A stretch of 32,736 bases of DNA from a virus. Position 1 is the first letter of the stretch. The number at the start of each line of letters is the position of its first letter. The translations under genes were made by a program, and so were the position numbers. The notes under the pieces are model-generated. The model saw only the letters and a list, made by a program, of their open reading frames with translations, was not told where the DNA came from and did not search any database. Shown here one piece after another: positions 1 to 8,690 of this stretch. The stretch lies in the IMG/VR virus record IMGVR_UViG_3300028888_000358. One strand, written 5' to 3'.

Positions 1-127
1 CTTGCAGTCATCCGGCGCGGCAAGACCGACAAGTACACATCCAGGATGCTTACCAATGTGTTCTTTGAAGACCGAGACGGCGAGACGGTGTTTGTGTTTA
101 GGTTGCAACCAAAGGAAGGAGGCGAGG
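1..127. repeat. Terminal direct repeat, left copy (identical to 32610..32736)
   Basis: Compared 10-mer by 10-mer with the right end and found no mismatch. Confidence 0.95.
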
Positions 128-132
128 GCTGA
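1..132 (+). CDS. 3' end of the junction-spanning CDS that starts at 32397 (hypothetical protein)
   Basis: Frame 1 from base 1 continues the frame of 32397..32736 through the repeat and stops at TGA 130-132. Confidence 0.6.
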   Translation, partial: LAVIRRGKTDKYTSRMLTNVFFEDRDGETVFVFRLQPKEGGEG

Positions 133-133
133 T

Positions 134-490
134 ATGGAGAATTGCAAGAACAGCAAGGAGTATAAGGCTGGCTGGGCTGCTGCCGAGTGGTGGCAGACAT
201 TGAGCGAGGAACAGCGCAAGCAGATGGACATCGTGGATGCCTTTGCCTATGGAGTTCTGCACGGCTGGAACAATCCCAACTGGATACCCGTTGAGGAAGA
301 ACTGCCTAAACCAAATATCTACAAAGAGGGCAAGACCTTTCCATTGGTGTTGGTGTGCCTTAATGATGGTTGTTTCGAAGACACCGATGCCTATGACACC
401 GATAATAAGACTTGGTGCAAATATGGGGACGAAGTAGAATACTGGATGCCGTTGCCCGCACCGCCACAAGGAAAGGAGGACAAGAAATGA
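134..490 (+). CDS. DUF551-like phage protein
   Basis: ATG 134 lies just after TGA 130-132, with GGAGG at 118-122. The motif NWIPVEEELP...LVLVCL...EYWMPLPAPP matches the WI.V...LP / WMPLP.PP signature I associate with DUF551 (recollection). Confidence 0.7.
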   Translation: MENCKNSKEYKAGWAAAEWWQTLSEEQRKQMDIVDAFAYGVLHGWNNPNWIPVEEELPKPNIYKEGKTFPLVLVCLNDGCFEDTDAYDTDNKTWCKYGDEVEYWMPLPAPPQGKEDKK

Positions 491-687
491 CTGACCAACA
501 ACTGCAACAAGGACAAGAGATCAAGCGCACGATAGCACAGCTTGAAGATCAATTGGAGAAGTTTGAAGCATTCCCTATGAACGGCATCAACGTGTTTCTG
601 CCCAACTGCGGCACGTTGATAGAGGACGTTAAGCAGGTGTTCACAAAACACCTTAACCACTACAACAAGAAATTCAAAGAACTATGA
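487..687 (+). CDS. Hypothetical small protein (coiled-coil-like)
   Basis: ATGA start/stop overlap with the upstream gene. AGGAGG at 474-479. The longer ORF-track start at 412 lies inside the upstream gene. Confidence 0.6.
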   Translation: MTDQQLQQGQEIKRTIAQLEDQLEKFEAFPMNGINVFLPNCGTLIEDVKQVFTKHLNHYNKKFKEL

Positions 688-893
688 TTGAGATAATGAT
701 ATCAGGCATCATCGGTCTTGTCATCGGCTTGATGATTGACCGCAACGCAAGGCGTGAGCGTGATGAACGCATCGCCGAGCTGGAGAACAGGCTGGCTACC
801 GACCGCAACGTCATGGAAGCCCAGAACGAGACGATCAACCGAATGCGTAAGAAACTGGACAAGCGCAATGGCAAGAAAGAAGAAAACGGATGA
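684..893 (+). CDS. Small membrane protein with an N-terminal TM helix and a charged coiled-coil tail
   Basis: ATGA overlap at 684-687. The hydrophobic segment ISGIIGLVIGLMI is followed by RRERDERIAELENRL. Confidence 0.6.
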   Translation: MIEIMISGIIGLVIGLMIDRNARRERDERIAELENRLATDRNVMEAQNETINRMRKKLDKRNGKKEENG

Positions 894-1017
894 CCCGAAC
901 TACACCGCATTCGTCAACCGATCGCACAAGGGCAACTACCACGATGAGGAGGAGAAACGGCTGCGCCAGGAATGGGAGGCATGGAAGAAGAACAAGAAAA
1001 AGATTTGGTACCTATGA
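868..1017 (+). CDS. Possible small charged protein (49 aa)
   Basis: In-frame ATG inside ORF 736..1017. It ends in an ATGA overlap with the next gene. It overlaps the previous gene by 26 nt. Support is weak. Confidence 0.3.
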   Translation: MARKKKTDDPNYTAFVNRSHKGNYHDEEEKRLRQEWEAWKKNKKKIWYL

Positions 1018-1472
1018 TGACAACGAAACAAGCAGCGGATATACTTGCCGCATATAACCGATCGAGGCGTGATGACCACGAGCCGTGCCCGCCGCCATAT
1101 TCGCCGACAGACATCGGCATCGCCATAGACATGGCGGTTGAACTGATGCAGAAGAACTCGGCACAGGCGAACCTCGAGAGCATCATCATGGCGGTCTCAC
1201 GGGAGACAGGCGTGAGCGAGGCAGAGATGTGCCAGCGAGGGCGTGAGCGTGAATACTCCGAAGCCAGGGCGATAGTCAGCTATCTCGCCTATCGGTTCAC
1301 CCCGATGACGCTGACGGCGATCGGCAAGCGGTTCGGACGCACCCATGCAACGACCATCTACTACTACAGGACGGTGCTGAGCTGGCTGCATGACAAGCGG
1401 CTTAACCCGAGAGGACATCACATCACTCAATCATTAATCAACGAAATCATCAGCAATGAACAACAATCCTAA
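1014..1472 (+). CDS. DnaA C-terminal (domain IV)-like HTH protein
   Basis: SEARAIVSYLAYRFTPMTLTAIGKRFGRTHATTIYYYRTV resembles the DnaA domain IV helix-turn-helix. The start is ambiguous (ATG 972, 1014 or 1017). Confidence 0.6.
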   Translation: MMTTKQAADILAAYNRSRRDDHEPCPPPYSPTDIGIAIDMAVELMQKNSAQANLESIIMAVSRETGVSEAEMCQRGREREYSEARAIVSYLAYRFTPMTLTAIGKRFGRTHATTIYYYRTVLSWLHDKRLNPRGHHITQSLINEIISNEQQS

Positions 1473-1683
1473 TAGAGAGAGCAGCGAGAGCCAGTGCGCC
1501 AAGATTAGATACTGGCTGGAGAGCGGGAACACGCTCACGTCAATAGAGGCCCTTCAGATGTTCGGATGCTTCCGACTGGCATCACGCATACACGACCTGA
1601 GAGACCGAGGCGTGAACATCGCCAAGACGATGATCTGCGGTCCCAACGGCAAACGGTACGCACAATATAGCATTGCACAATGA
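1456..1683 (+). CDS. Small winged-HTH protein (HTH_39-like)
   Basis: ILxWLxxGxxLTxxEAxxxFGxxRLAxRIxDLRxxGxxI pattern, recognised from memory. Confidence 0.6.
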   Translation: MNNNPNRESSESQCAKIRYWLESGNTLTSIEALQMFGCFRLASRIHDLRDRGVNIAKTMICGPNGKRYAQYSIAQ

Positions 1684-2162
1684 AGGACTACTATATCGGC
1701 ATAGACCCAGGCAAGAAAGGCTTCATGTGCGTATATTGCGCGGGGAACAGCGGATACACGCACTATCCGCTGTTCACCGGGAACCGGCTCAACCGCGACA
1801 TGATTGACGAGCTGTTGAGGCTTTCTGGCTCCAATAGTGTGATGGCTGTGGTGGAGCAGGTACACAGCATGCCCCACCAGGGCGTTGCCAGCACGTTTGC
1901 ATTCGGCACAAACTATGGAATGGTGCTCGGGGCACTCGAGGCGTTGGGAATCCCCTACTCCACCGTCACCCCTGGGAGGTGGCAGAAGACCATCTGCGAG
2001 GCAGTGGACAAGGCATCCAACACCAAGCAGATGCACTACAACGCGGCATGCAGGTTGTTCCCTAACATTGACTTCCGCAAGAGTGAGCGCAGCAAGACCT
2101 GGGATGACAACAAGGTGGACGCCACCCTCATCTGTGAGTATGGAATCAGGAAGCAGCTGTGA
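1680..2162 (+). CDS. RuvC-like Holliday junction resolvase
   Basis: N-terminal YYIGIDPGKKG, VVEQV acidic motif and C-terminal DDNKVDATLI fit the RNase H-fold RuvC pattern. ATGA overlap with the upstream gene. Confidence 0.7.
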   Translation: MKDYYIGIDPGKKGFMCVYCAGNSGYTHYPLFTGNRLNRDMIDELLRLSGSNSVMAVVEQVHSMPHQGVASTFAFGTNYGMVLGALEALGIPYSTVTPGRWQKTICEAVDKASNTKQMHYNAACRLFPNIDFRKSERSKTWDDNKVDATLICEYGIRKQL

Positions 2163-2300
2163 GGGGCAGGGGCGTGTCGGTCCTATACCCGGGGGTGTGT
2201 TTTTTTGGCGAGCGACACCGCCAGTAAACCCCATCACGCCGATTGGAACGAAAAATTAACAACTTCGGGGGAAGTTTAACTGGATTTGCAATAAATAGAA

Positions 2301-2597
2301 ATGGCTTACAAGTTCATAGCGACAAGGCTGACGAGGGAAGAGGCAGAAGCCCTCGAGCGGATACTCAAGCGTCGCAGGGAGACCATCTACTCCCTGCTTC
2401 GCCTATTGATTGACAGCTACATCAAGCTGGCAGACCCGACTGCATGGAAGGACGAGAAACCTCCCATAGACCTCATGCGCTATATCGTGGAAGGCACACG
2501 CGAGCAGCGTGAAGCCATGAGGGCCGCGGCCCAGGAGGAGGAGCTGTCTGGACTATTCAACGACATCAGGTATGAGAAAGAAAAACGCAAACCCTGA
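2301..2597 (+). CDS. Hypothetical protein, first gene of the late/packaging block
   Basis: ATG follows a 138-nt intergenic gap. The sequence is protein-like and helical (REEAEALERILKRRRETIYSLLRLL). Confidence 0.6.
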   Translation: MAYKFIATRLTREEAEALERILKRRRETIYSLLRLLIDSYIKLADPTAWKDEKPPIDLMRYIVEGTREQREAMRAAAQEEELSGLFNDIRYEKEKRKP

Positions 2598-2940
2598 ATA
2601 CAGGCGCATCATCACCGGCAAGCGGTGGCAAGAGCTCAGAGGCATGAAGATGCTGAAGAACGAGATAGACAACGGCGGCTTCTGTGAGCAGTGCGTGAAG
2701 AACTATTTTGTCGGCGGTCCGCGACCGAGGAAGGCGACCGAAGTCCACCACATCGTGCCGATCGAGAGCGCCAGTACCAGGGAAGAGATGGAGGCCCTTG
2801 CCTATGACGAGAACAACATCATCGCCCTGTGCAGCGAGTGCCATCACGAGGCTCACCGCCAGCTGGGCAAGCAGCACATCAGGGAAGCGATGGAAAACGA
2901 TATCAACAACTTCATAAACAAGATCAGAAATGGGTTATGA
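2572..2940 (+). CDS. HNH endonuclease (packaging-associated)
   Basis: CEQC ... EVHHIVPI ... NIIALCSECHHEAH is a classical HNH/zinc-finger arrangement. It sits directly upstream of the terminase genes. Confidence 0.85.
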   Translation: MRKKNANPEYRRIITGKRWQELRGMKMLKNEIDNGGFCEQCVKNYFVGGPRPRKATEVHHIVPIESASTREEMEALAYDENNIIALCSECHHEAHRQLGKQHIREAMENDINNFINKIRNGL

Positions 2941-3295
2941 AAATTGCGGGAAAAACCCGAACAGCAAAGCGAATCTCATGAAGGGCAACCTGCCGAAGCT
3001 CATGCTTGCAGACGGCCCGTCTCAGCGTATGGCCAACAGCATCCTCGATGAGGAGGTTGACCATGATGGTGAGAAGATGCCGGCGCGCGAGGCGATACTG
3101 CGCATCCAGTTGGAACAGGCCCTCGGCGGTGACCTTCGGGCATGCCAGTTCCTCATCGAGCTGGCGGGACGCAACGAGCAGAACGAAACCGCCATCAAGA
3201 CGGCCGTCACCAATCCCCTGGAGCAGCTTCAGGGGTTGATGCAGGTGAGGAAAATCGATGACCGACGAAAGAAAGCAAATAGAAAGAGAAGCTAA
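2930..3295 (+). CDS. terS: Putative terminase small subunit
   Basis: Called from its position between HNH and TerL, its size (121 aa) and a basic C-terminus. The N-terminal GKNPNSKANL motif is seen in phage small-terminase-like proteins (recollection). Confidence 0.55.
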   Translation: MGYENCGKNPNSKANLMKGNLPKLMLADGPSQRMANSILDEEVDHDGEKMPAREAILRIQLEQALGGDLRACQFLIELAGRNEQNETAIKTAVTNPLEQLQGLMQVRKIDDRRKKANRKRS

Positions 3296-4976
3296 ACGGC
3301 TGGCCATTGAGCGGCTGCGAAGCGTGAAGCTCGGCACATATATGCTGGGCGCAATCGACGCACGCCTCACGAAATATTTCAAGGCACTCATCGCAAAGCC
3401 CGAGGCCCACAATGTCTATGAGTTGCTTGCCGCCGTCAAGTTCTTGAGGCTGCTGGAGACCTACAGCTACGACACCGCCGCCGTCGTCAACTTCATGAAG
3501 TTCTACGAGTTCCTGAAGTTCAGCGGCCAGAACGGTAGGCAGTCCTACAAGCTGACCCCGGTGCAGGTGTTCCAGTTCGCATCCATCATGGGCTTCGTCA
3601 AGGATGACGGCAACAGGCTTGTGCGTAATGCCCTGCTTTTCGTGCCGAGGAAGTTCAGCAAGACAACGTCGGTATGTGCATTCGCGATCTACGACTTTTT
3701 ATTTGGAGACGATAACGCCCAGGCATACACGGGTGCCAACTCCTACGATCAGGCAAAAATCTGCTTTGATGAGATCAGCCGCGTGCTCCATGGGTTAGAC
3801 CCAGGCTGGACCAAGTTCAAGGCGACGCGGGAACTCATCAAGTGGCGCGAGGACCGGCACAGCAGCATCAGGTGCCTGAGCAACTCACCCGACAAATTGG
3901 ATGGTCTCAACGCATCCACCGTCATCATGGACGAGTATGCCCAAGCCGACAGCGCGGACCTGCGCAACGTGCTCACCACGTCCATGGGTATGAGGACCAA
4001 CCCGCTGCTGGTGACCATCACCACCGCCAGCGACAAGCTGACTGCCCCGTTCGTCCAGGAACTGGAACACGAGCAGGGCGTTCTGCTGCGTGAGGTGATG
4101 GGAGGATACAGCGAGGACGATACGAGCTTCGCCCATATCTTCATGCCCGACTGCGACGATGATGAGAGCGACCCAGCCACATGGGCCAAGGTGCAGCCGC
4201 ACCTGGGCATCACCGTTAGACCCGACTTCTACGAGCAGCAGTGGGCCGAGGCGCAGAAGAGCGCAGAGAATATGAAGGCGTTCCGCACCAAGATGCTGAA
4301 CATATTCGTGACCGGCAACGACAAGTCCTGGATAGAAGGCAGCGTCATTCGCGAGCACTCGCGCAAGCTGGATATCGACTCGCTGGGCTATCGTGCCGAC
4401 TGCGAGGTCGCGGTTGACTTGTCAGTTGACAATGACTTCAGTGCCGTGTCATACTACATCTGGCTGCAGAACGAGCAGCGGCACCACATCCACACTGAAT
4501 ACTACTTCCCCGAGGGGCAGATGGCGAAACACCCCAACCGTGAAGTGTATCAGCGATGGGTGGACGGTGGGCACCTTCATCTGTGCCCAGGGAACATCAT
4601 CAGCTATACGCAGATCGTGAACGATATCCTTGCCCACGGCAAGAACCTGCGAATCCTCAAAATTGGCTACGACCCAAACAAGGCTGCTGAGTTCACCAAC
4701 CTGCTGATCAATTGCGGCGGTGCCAATTTCCTCTACCCATACAAGCAGACCTATTACTACTTCACGAAGCCCTGCATGGCGATATACAGGATGCTTGACG
4801 AGGGCGTTCTGACCTTTAACGAGAACCCGATAAATAACTACTGCTTTGACAACTGCATCCTTGACCGTGACAACATGGACAACTGCAAGCCGTTGAAGCG
4901 GAGCGAGAACAGGAAGATAGACGGAGCCATCACCGCATTGATGGCTTTAGGCGTATCACTTGAGCAAAGAAGGTAA
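3258..4976 (+). CDS. terL: Terminase large subunit (HK97/Terminase_1 type)
   Basis: 572 aa. YKLTPVQVFQFASIMGF...LLFVPRKFSKTT is a Walker-A-like region, VIMDEYA is Walker B-like, and the C-terminal nuclease region ends in GAITALMAL. Confidence 0.85.
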   Translation: MTDERKQIEREAKRLAIERLRSVKLGTYMLGAIDARLTKYFKALIAKPEAHNVYELLAAVKFLRLLETYSYDTAAVVNFMKFYEFLKFSGQNGRQSYKLTPVQVFQFASIMGFVKDDGNRLVRNALLFVPRKFSKTTSVCAFAIYDFLFGDDNAQAYTGANSYDQAKICFDEISRVLHGLDPGWTKFKATRELIKWREDRHSSIRCLSNSPDKLDGLNASTVIMDEYAQADSADLRNVLTTSMGMRTNPLLVTITTASDKLTAPFVQELEHEQGVLLREVMGGYSEDDTSFAHIFMPDCDDDESDPATWAKVQPHLGITVRPDFYEQQWAEAQKSAENMKAFRTKMLNIFVTGNDKSWIEGSVIREHSRKLDIDSLGYRADCEVAVDLSVDNDFSAVSYYIWLQNEQRHHIHTEYYFPEGQMAKHPNREVYQRWVDGGHLHLCPGNIISYTQIVNDILAHGKNLRILKIGYDPNKAAEFTNLLINCGGANFLYPYKQTYYYFTKPCMAIYRMLDEGVLTFNENPINNYCFDNCILDRDNMDNCKPLKRSENRKIDGAITALMALGVSLEQRR

Positions 4977-5024
4977 TTTTTTACGCTGTTAAACACTTGG
5001 ACTATATAATATAACACGCGAGAA

Positions 5025-6278
5025 ATGGGATTATTTGATATATTCAAAAGCAAAAAAAATCGCTCAATCGTAGGAGTGCCCCCGGTGCTGCAGGTCACCG
5101 TCGGCGGTCAGACCTACACGGTTGCGACCACCACCACCAGCGGCATGATGCTGGCGGCGGTGTGGCGCTGCGTGGACATCGTGAGCGGAACGGTTGCATC
5201 CCTTGGCATCGACATCGAGCGTCGCATCGGCAAATATTGGCAGGTTGACGAAAAGCACCCGCTTGAGCTGGTTCTCCGTCTCAAGCCCAACGACAGGGTC
5301 AATTCCTTTGATTTCTGGAAGGCATCAGTCGTGGAGATGCTGCTGCACGGCAACGCCTACATCTATCCCTACTTCAACGCAAGCGGTGATGTGACGCGCC
5401 TGTACCTCATCCCCCATGGAGCCTGTACCTATGACAAGCAGACCGACACATACACCATCAGCGACGATGACAATAACCTGTTCACGACCTGCCAGGGGTG
5501 GCGCATCATCCACCTCAAGAACCTGAGCCTTGACGGCGGCTTCACGGGCGTCTCCACGCTCACCTATGCACAGAAGGTGCTGGGCATCGGCGGTAACTTG
5601 GACAGCCTCCAGATGGACAGCTTTGCAAGCGGGTCTACGCTTCACGGCTTCATCAGCGGCGACTCCAACCTCACCCAAGGCTTCGGTGCTCCCCAGGATG
5701 ACCAGCTCAAGGCGGTGAAGGATAACATCACCAAGCAGCTCACGAGCGGTGCCAAGATATTCACTTTGCCGGGCTCCATGAAGTTCAACCAGTTGTCGCT
5801 CTCGCCGAGCGACCTGCAGCTGGTAGAGTCCAAGAACCTCAATGTGCTTGACATCTGCCGCTTCTTTGGCGTTCATCCCGACAGGGTGTTCCAGTCATCC
5901 AGCACGAACTACAAGGGCAGCGAGAGCGCACAGACGGCGTTCATGACCGACACCCTGTTCCCGCTGATCAACAAGATTGAGACCGAGCTCACCGTGAAGC
6001 TCGTGTCCAACAATCTGCTGGGGAAATACCGCGTCAAGTTTGACCTTGACGATTACTATATAGGCGACATGGGCACCAAGGCAGACTATTACACCAAGAT
6101 GATTGCTGCCGGTGTGTTCACGCCCAATGAGGTGAGAATCCGCGAGGGTCACGCCCCTGTCGAGGGTGGTGACTCCGCGTACATCTCCTGCAATGTCGCT
6201 CCCATTGATTCTGCCAAGATCAAGGGCGAGCCGACACCCGCACCCACCGAACCCAAGAAAAACTCGAGGAAGAAATGA
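5025..6278 (+). CDS. Portal protein (HK97 family)
   Basis: 417 aa, directly after TerL. Motifs LLHGNAYIY, GVSTLTYA and CRFFGVHPDRV are typical of Phage_portal proteins. Confidence 0.8.
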   Translation: MGLFDIFKSKKNRSIVGVPPVLQVTVGGQTYTVATTTTSGMMLAAVWRCVDIVSGTVASLGIDIERRIGKYWQVDEKHPLELVLRLKPNDRVNSFDFWKASVVEMLLHGNAYIYPYFNASGDVTRLYLIPHGACTYDKQTDTYTISDDDNNLFTTCQGWRIIHLKNLSLDGGFTGVSTLTYAQKVLGIGGNLDSLQMDSFASGSTLHGFISGDSNLTQGFGAPQDDQLKAVKDNITKQLTSGAKIFTLPGSMKFNQLSLSPSDLQLVESKNLNVLDICRFFGVHPDRVFQSSSTNYKGSESAQTAFMTDTLFPLINKIETELTVKLVSNNLLGKYRVKFDLDDYYIGDMGTKADYYTKMIAAGVFTPNEVRIREGHAPVEGGDSAYISCNVAPIDSAKIKGEPTPAPTEPKKNSRKK

Positions 6279-8017
6279 CAAAGATTTACCGCAATACCGA
6301 GGACTGCCAGCTCAGGGCGCTGGAGAACTCCCGCACCATTGAGGGCTATGCAGTCGTATTCAACCAGCGCAGCGTCTTTCTGCCTGACTGGAACAAGGGC
6401 CGCATGGTTGAGGAGGTGATGTTGCCTGGCAGCATCACCGAGGAACTGATCGCCAAGAGCGATGTGGTCGCCAATATCGAACATGACAACCGCCGCATGG
6501 TGGCTCGCTCAGTCAATGGCGAGGGTTCCCTGCGTCTTACGCTTGACGAACACGGTCTGAAGTTCAGCTATGAGGCTCCGCTCACCAACGACGGCGAGAC
6601 GGTGCTCCAGGGCGTGCGCCGTGGTGACTTCCGTGGTTGCTCATTCGCATACACCTGCGACGAGGACACGGGCGTACACTACGAGAAGAACGAGAAAGAC
6701 CCGCGTGCGCTTGTCCGCTACGTCGATGAGGTCAACGGCCTGTACGATGTATCGGTGGTCATCCACCCTGCCTATCCGCAGACAAATGTGGACTCCCGTG
6801 CAGCAGTGCTGGACGGTGCCCTCATGAGAGGGATGATTGAAAAGGAAAACGAACAAGAACAAGATACAAACTCTAACTCTAATTCTAATTCAGATTCTAT
6901 GGACGAGAACATTAAGAACACCGAGGAGCGCAACGCCGAGTTTGACGCTCTGAAGAATGAGGTGGAAGGCATGAAGCGTTCCATCACCGATCTCCAGGCT
7001 GGCCAGGATGCAGTAAGCAAGAAGGTCAGCTCCATCAAGGTGCGCGAAGAGAAGAAGCAGAACTTCTCCCTGCTGCGTGCTATCCGTGAAGTTGCCAATG
7101 GTGGCAAACTGAGTGAAGATGTCGAGGCTATCACCCGCGCTGGTCGTGAGGAGATGTTCAACTCTGGCCTCTCAACCGTCGGCCAGATCGTAGTGCCCCA
7201 GCAGCGTGCAGACGTTACGGTCACCGCCGAGCACGATGACACCATCGGCATTGATGTCTACAACACCTTCGCACCCATCCGCGAGGGTCTCGTAGCCGCC
7301 AAGGCTGGTGCCCGCGTTTACACGGGTCTCGTTGGTGATGTCCGCATCCCCGTTCTGGGCGGAGGCAATGTAGCATGGGCTACCGAGGTAGCAAGTGCAG
7401 CCGATCCCACCTACGCCTTCACCAGCGTCAACCTGACTCCCAAGCGCCTGACCGCTCAGTTCAAGCTGAGCAAGCAGATGGTCGCTCAGGACAACGCCGC
7501 CATCGAGGCTACCCTGCTGAAAGACATCCGCAAGGCTGTCATCACCAAGCTCAACGCTACGATGTTCGGCACTGCCGCCGCTTCAGGTGGTGCTCCCAAG
7601 GGCATCGGTAACGGTCAGACCGCTGCCGTGGCTACCGATTGGACCAAGCTGACCAGTCTCGTTGAGGCTGCTGTTGAGCGTGCTGCAGTAGGCGAGGAGT
7701 TCGCTTACATCGTATCGCCCGAGGCTGCTGCCGTTATCCGCGCCATGACCTACAACAAGACCTCCCGTCTTGTCTATGAGGCTGGCAACGTGGACGGCAC
7801 TCCCCTGTTCAAGACCATCGGTTGCGCCGCCAACCAGGGTTACTATGGTGACTGGGGCAACCTCGTTATCGGTCAGTGGGGCGCACTCGACCTCACCGTC
7901 GATCCTTACACCGCCGCCGGTACTGGAGAGCTTGTGATTACCATAAACTCTTACTTCGACTACGGCGTAGCTCGCGCTGGTTCGCTGAAGTTGTTCACCA
8001 CCGTAGCCAGTAACTAA
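6275..8017 (+). CDS. Fused prohead protease, scaffold/delta region and HK97-type major capsid protein
   Basis: One uninterrupted 580-aa frame. The N-terminal ~185 aa look like an HK97 prohead protease (IEGYAVVFN..., ANIEHD, VSVVIHPAYP). An NSNSNSNSDS linker and a coiled-coil segment follow. The C-terminal ~330 aa are HK97-like capsid. Confidence 0.75.
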   Translation: MTKIYRNTEDCQLRALENSRTIEGYAVVFNQRSVFLPDWNKGRMVEEVMLPGSITEELIAKSDVVANIEHDNRRMVARSVNGEGSLRLTLDEHGLKFSYEAPLTNDGETVLQGVRRGDFRGCSFAYTCDEDTGVHYEKNEKDPRALVRYVDEVNGLYDVSVVIHPAYPQTNVDSRAAVLDGALMRGMIEKENEQEQDTNSNSNSNSDSMDENIKNTEERNAEFDALKNEVEGMKRSITDLQAGQDAVSKKVSSIKVREEKKQNFSLLRAIREVANGGKLSEDVEAITRAGREEMFNSGLSTVGQIVVPQQRADVTVTAEHDDTIGIDVYNTFAPIREGLVAAKAGARVYTGLVGDVRIPVLGGGNVAWATEVASAADPTYAFTSVNLTPKRLTAQFKLSKQMVAQDNAAIEATLLKDIRKAVITKLNATMFGTAAASGGAPKGIGNGQTAAVATDWTKLTSLVEAAVERAAVGEEFAYIVSPEAAAVIRAMTYNKTSRLVYEAGNVDGTPLFKTIGCAANQGYYGDWGNLVIGQWGALDLTVDPYTAAGTGELVITINSYFDYGVARAGSLKLFTTVASN

Positions 8018-8034
8018 AGCACTGAGCCGTCACT

Positions 8035-8370
8035 ATGCAGTACACACCGAAATACGCAACGGTAGCAGACCTGAAGAAGCACAGCTACATCTCCACCAAC
8101 GATGAAGATGATTTGCTTGCCCTCTATCTCTGCAGTGCCGAGCAGACCGTCACCGAGACCCTGCAGGTGAAGAGCCTGTCGGTGTACATCGGCGACGATG
8201 GTGTGCTGCCCGCACAGATATACACCGCGATTCTCATGCAGGCTGCGGCATTGTATGAGAATCGTGAGGGTGTATCAAGCGCACAGCAGCACGTTGTACC
8301 CTACGCAAACGTGATGGCGCTGCTTGGTAAGATTATCAACTACGGTCAAATCCACAAGTGCTGCAGATGA
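8035..8370 (+). CDS. Head-tail connector (gp6-like)
   Basis: ADLKKHSYISTNDEDDLLALYLCSAEQTV resembles the gp6-like head-tail connector N-terminus. The position after the capsid gene fits. Confidence 0.65.
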   Translation: MQYTPKYATVADLKKHSYISTNDEDDLLALYLCSAEQTVTETLQVKSLSVYIGDDGVLPAQIYTAILMQAAALYENREGVSSAQQHVVPYANVMALLGKIINYGQIHKCCR

Positions 8371-8690
8371 TGGAAGCTGGTAAACTCACCGAGAGGATAT
8401 CCATCCAACGCCCCGACACGGTCCGTGACGTCTATGGCTCCACGACCACCGTCTGGACGGATGTCGTTACCAACCTGCCCGCCGCCGTGAACTACATTCG
8501 CGGTGACAGGGAGATTGATAACGAGGAAATCTTCCATGGTAGAATTACCACTTTCTCAATCCGCTGGCAGGGCTCAGTCAACGAAGAGATGCGTATACTT
8601 TGGGGCGACCTGAAGTATCGCATCCTCTCCATTGACCGCCGCACCCACCGCCGCGAGTATCTGATACGCACCGAGCTCATCAACGAATGA
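8367..8690 (+). CDS. Head closure / head-tail adaptor protein
   Basis: GKLTERISIQ...TTTVWTDV...FSIRW...YRILSI pattern. ATG 8367 forms an ATGA overlap with the upstream stop. The ORF-track start at 8358 is a GTG. Confidence 0.65.
   Translation: MMEAGKLTERISIQRPDTVRDVYGSTTTVWTDVVTNLPAAVNYIRGDREIDNEEIFHGRITTFSIRWQGSVNEEMRILWGDLKYRILSIDRRTHRREYLIRTELINE

Noticed and set aside
1-127. Physical direct terminal repeat of the virion DNA
   Set aside because: The repeat falls in the middle of an ORF. Its length equals a common assembler k-mer. The packaging genes point to cos ends. This cannot be fully excluded without read data.
736-1017. Full-length 93-aa ORF overlapping 684..893
   Set aside because: Its first two thirds lie out of frame inside the better-supported membrane-protein gene. 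Only the distal part from ATG 868 is kept, as a low-confidence CDS.
1554-2237. Long minus-strand ORFs opposite well-supported + strand genes (also 5325..5876, 16184..16867, 26190..26738, 28479..29126 and others)
   Set aside because: They overlap recognisable + strand genes (resolvase, portal, fibre, ParB-like). They have Arg/Gly/Ala/His-rich compositions typical of antisense frames in GC-rich coding DNA.
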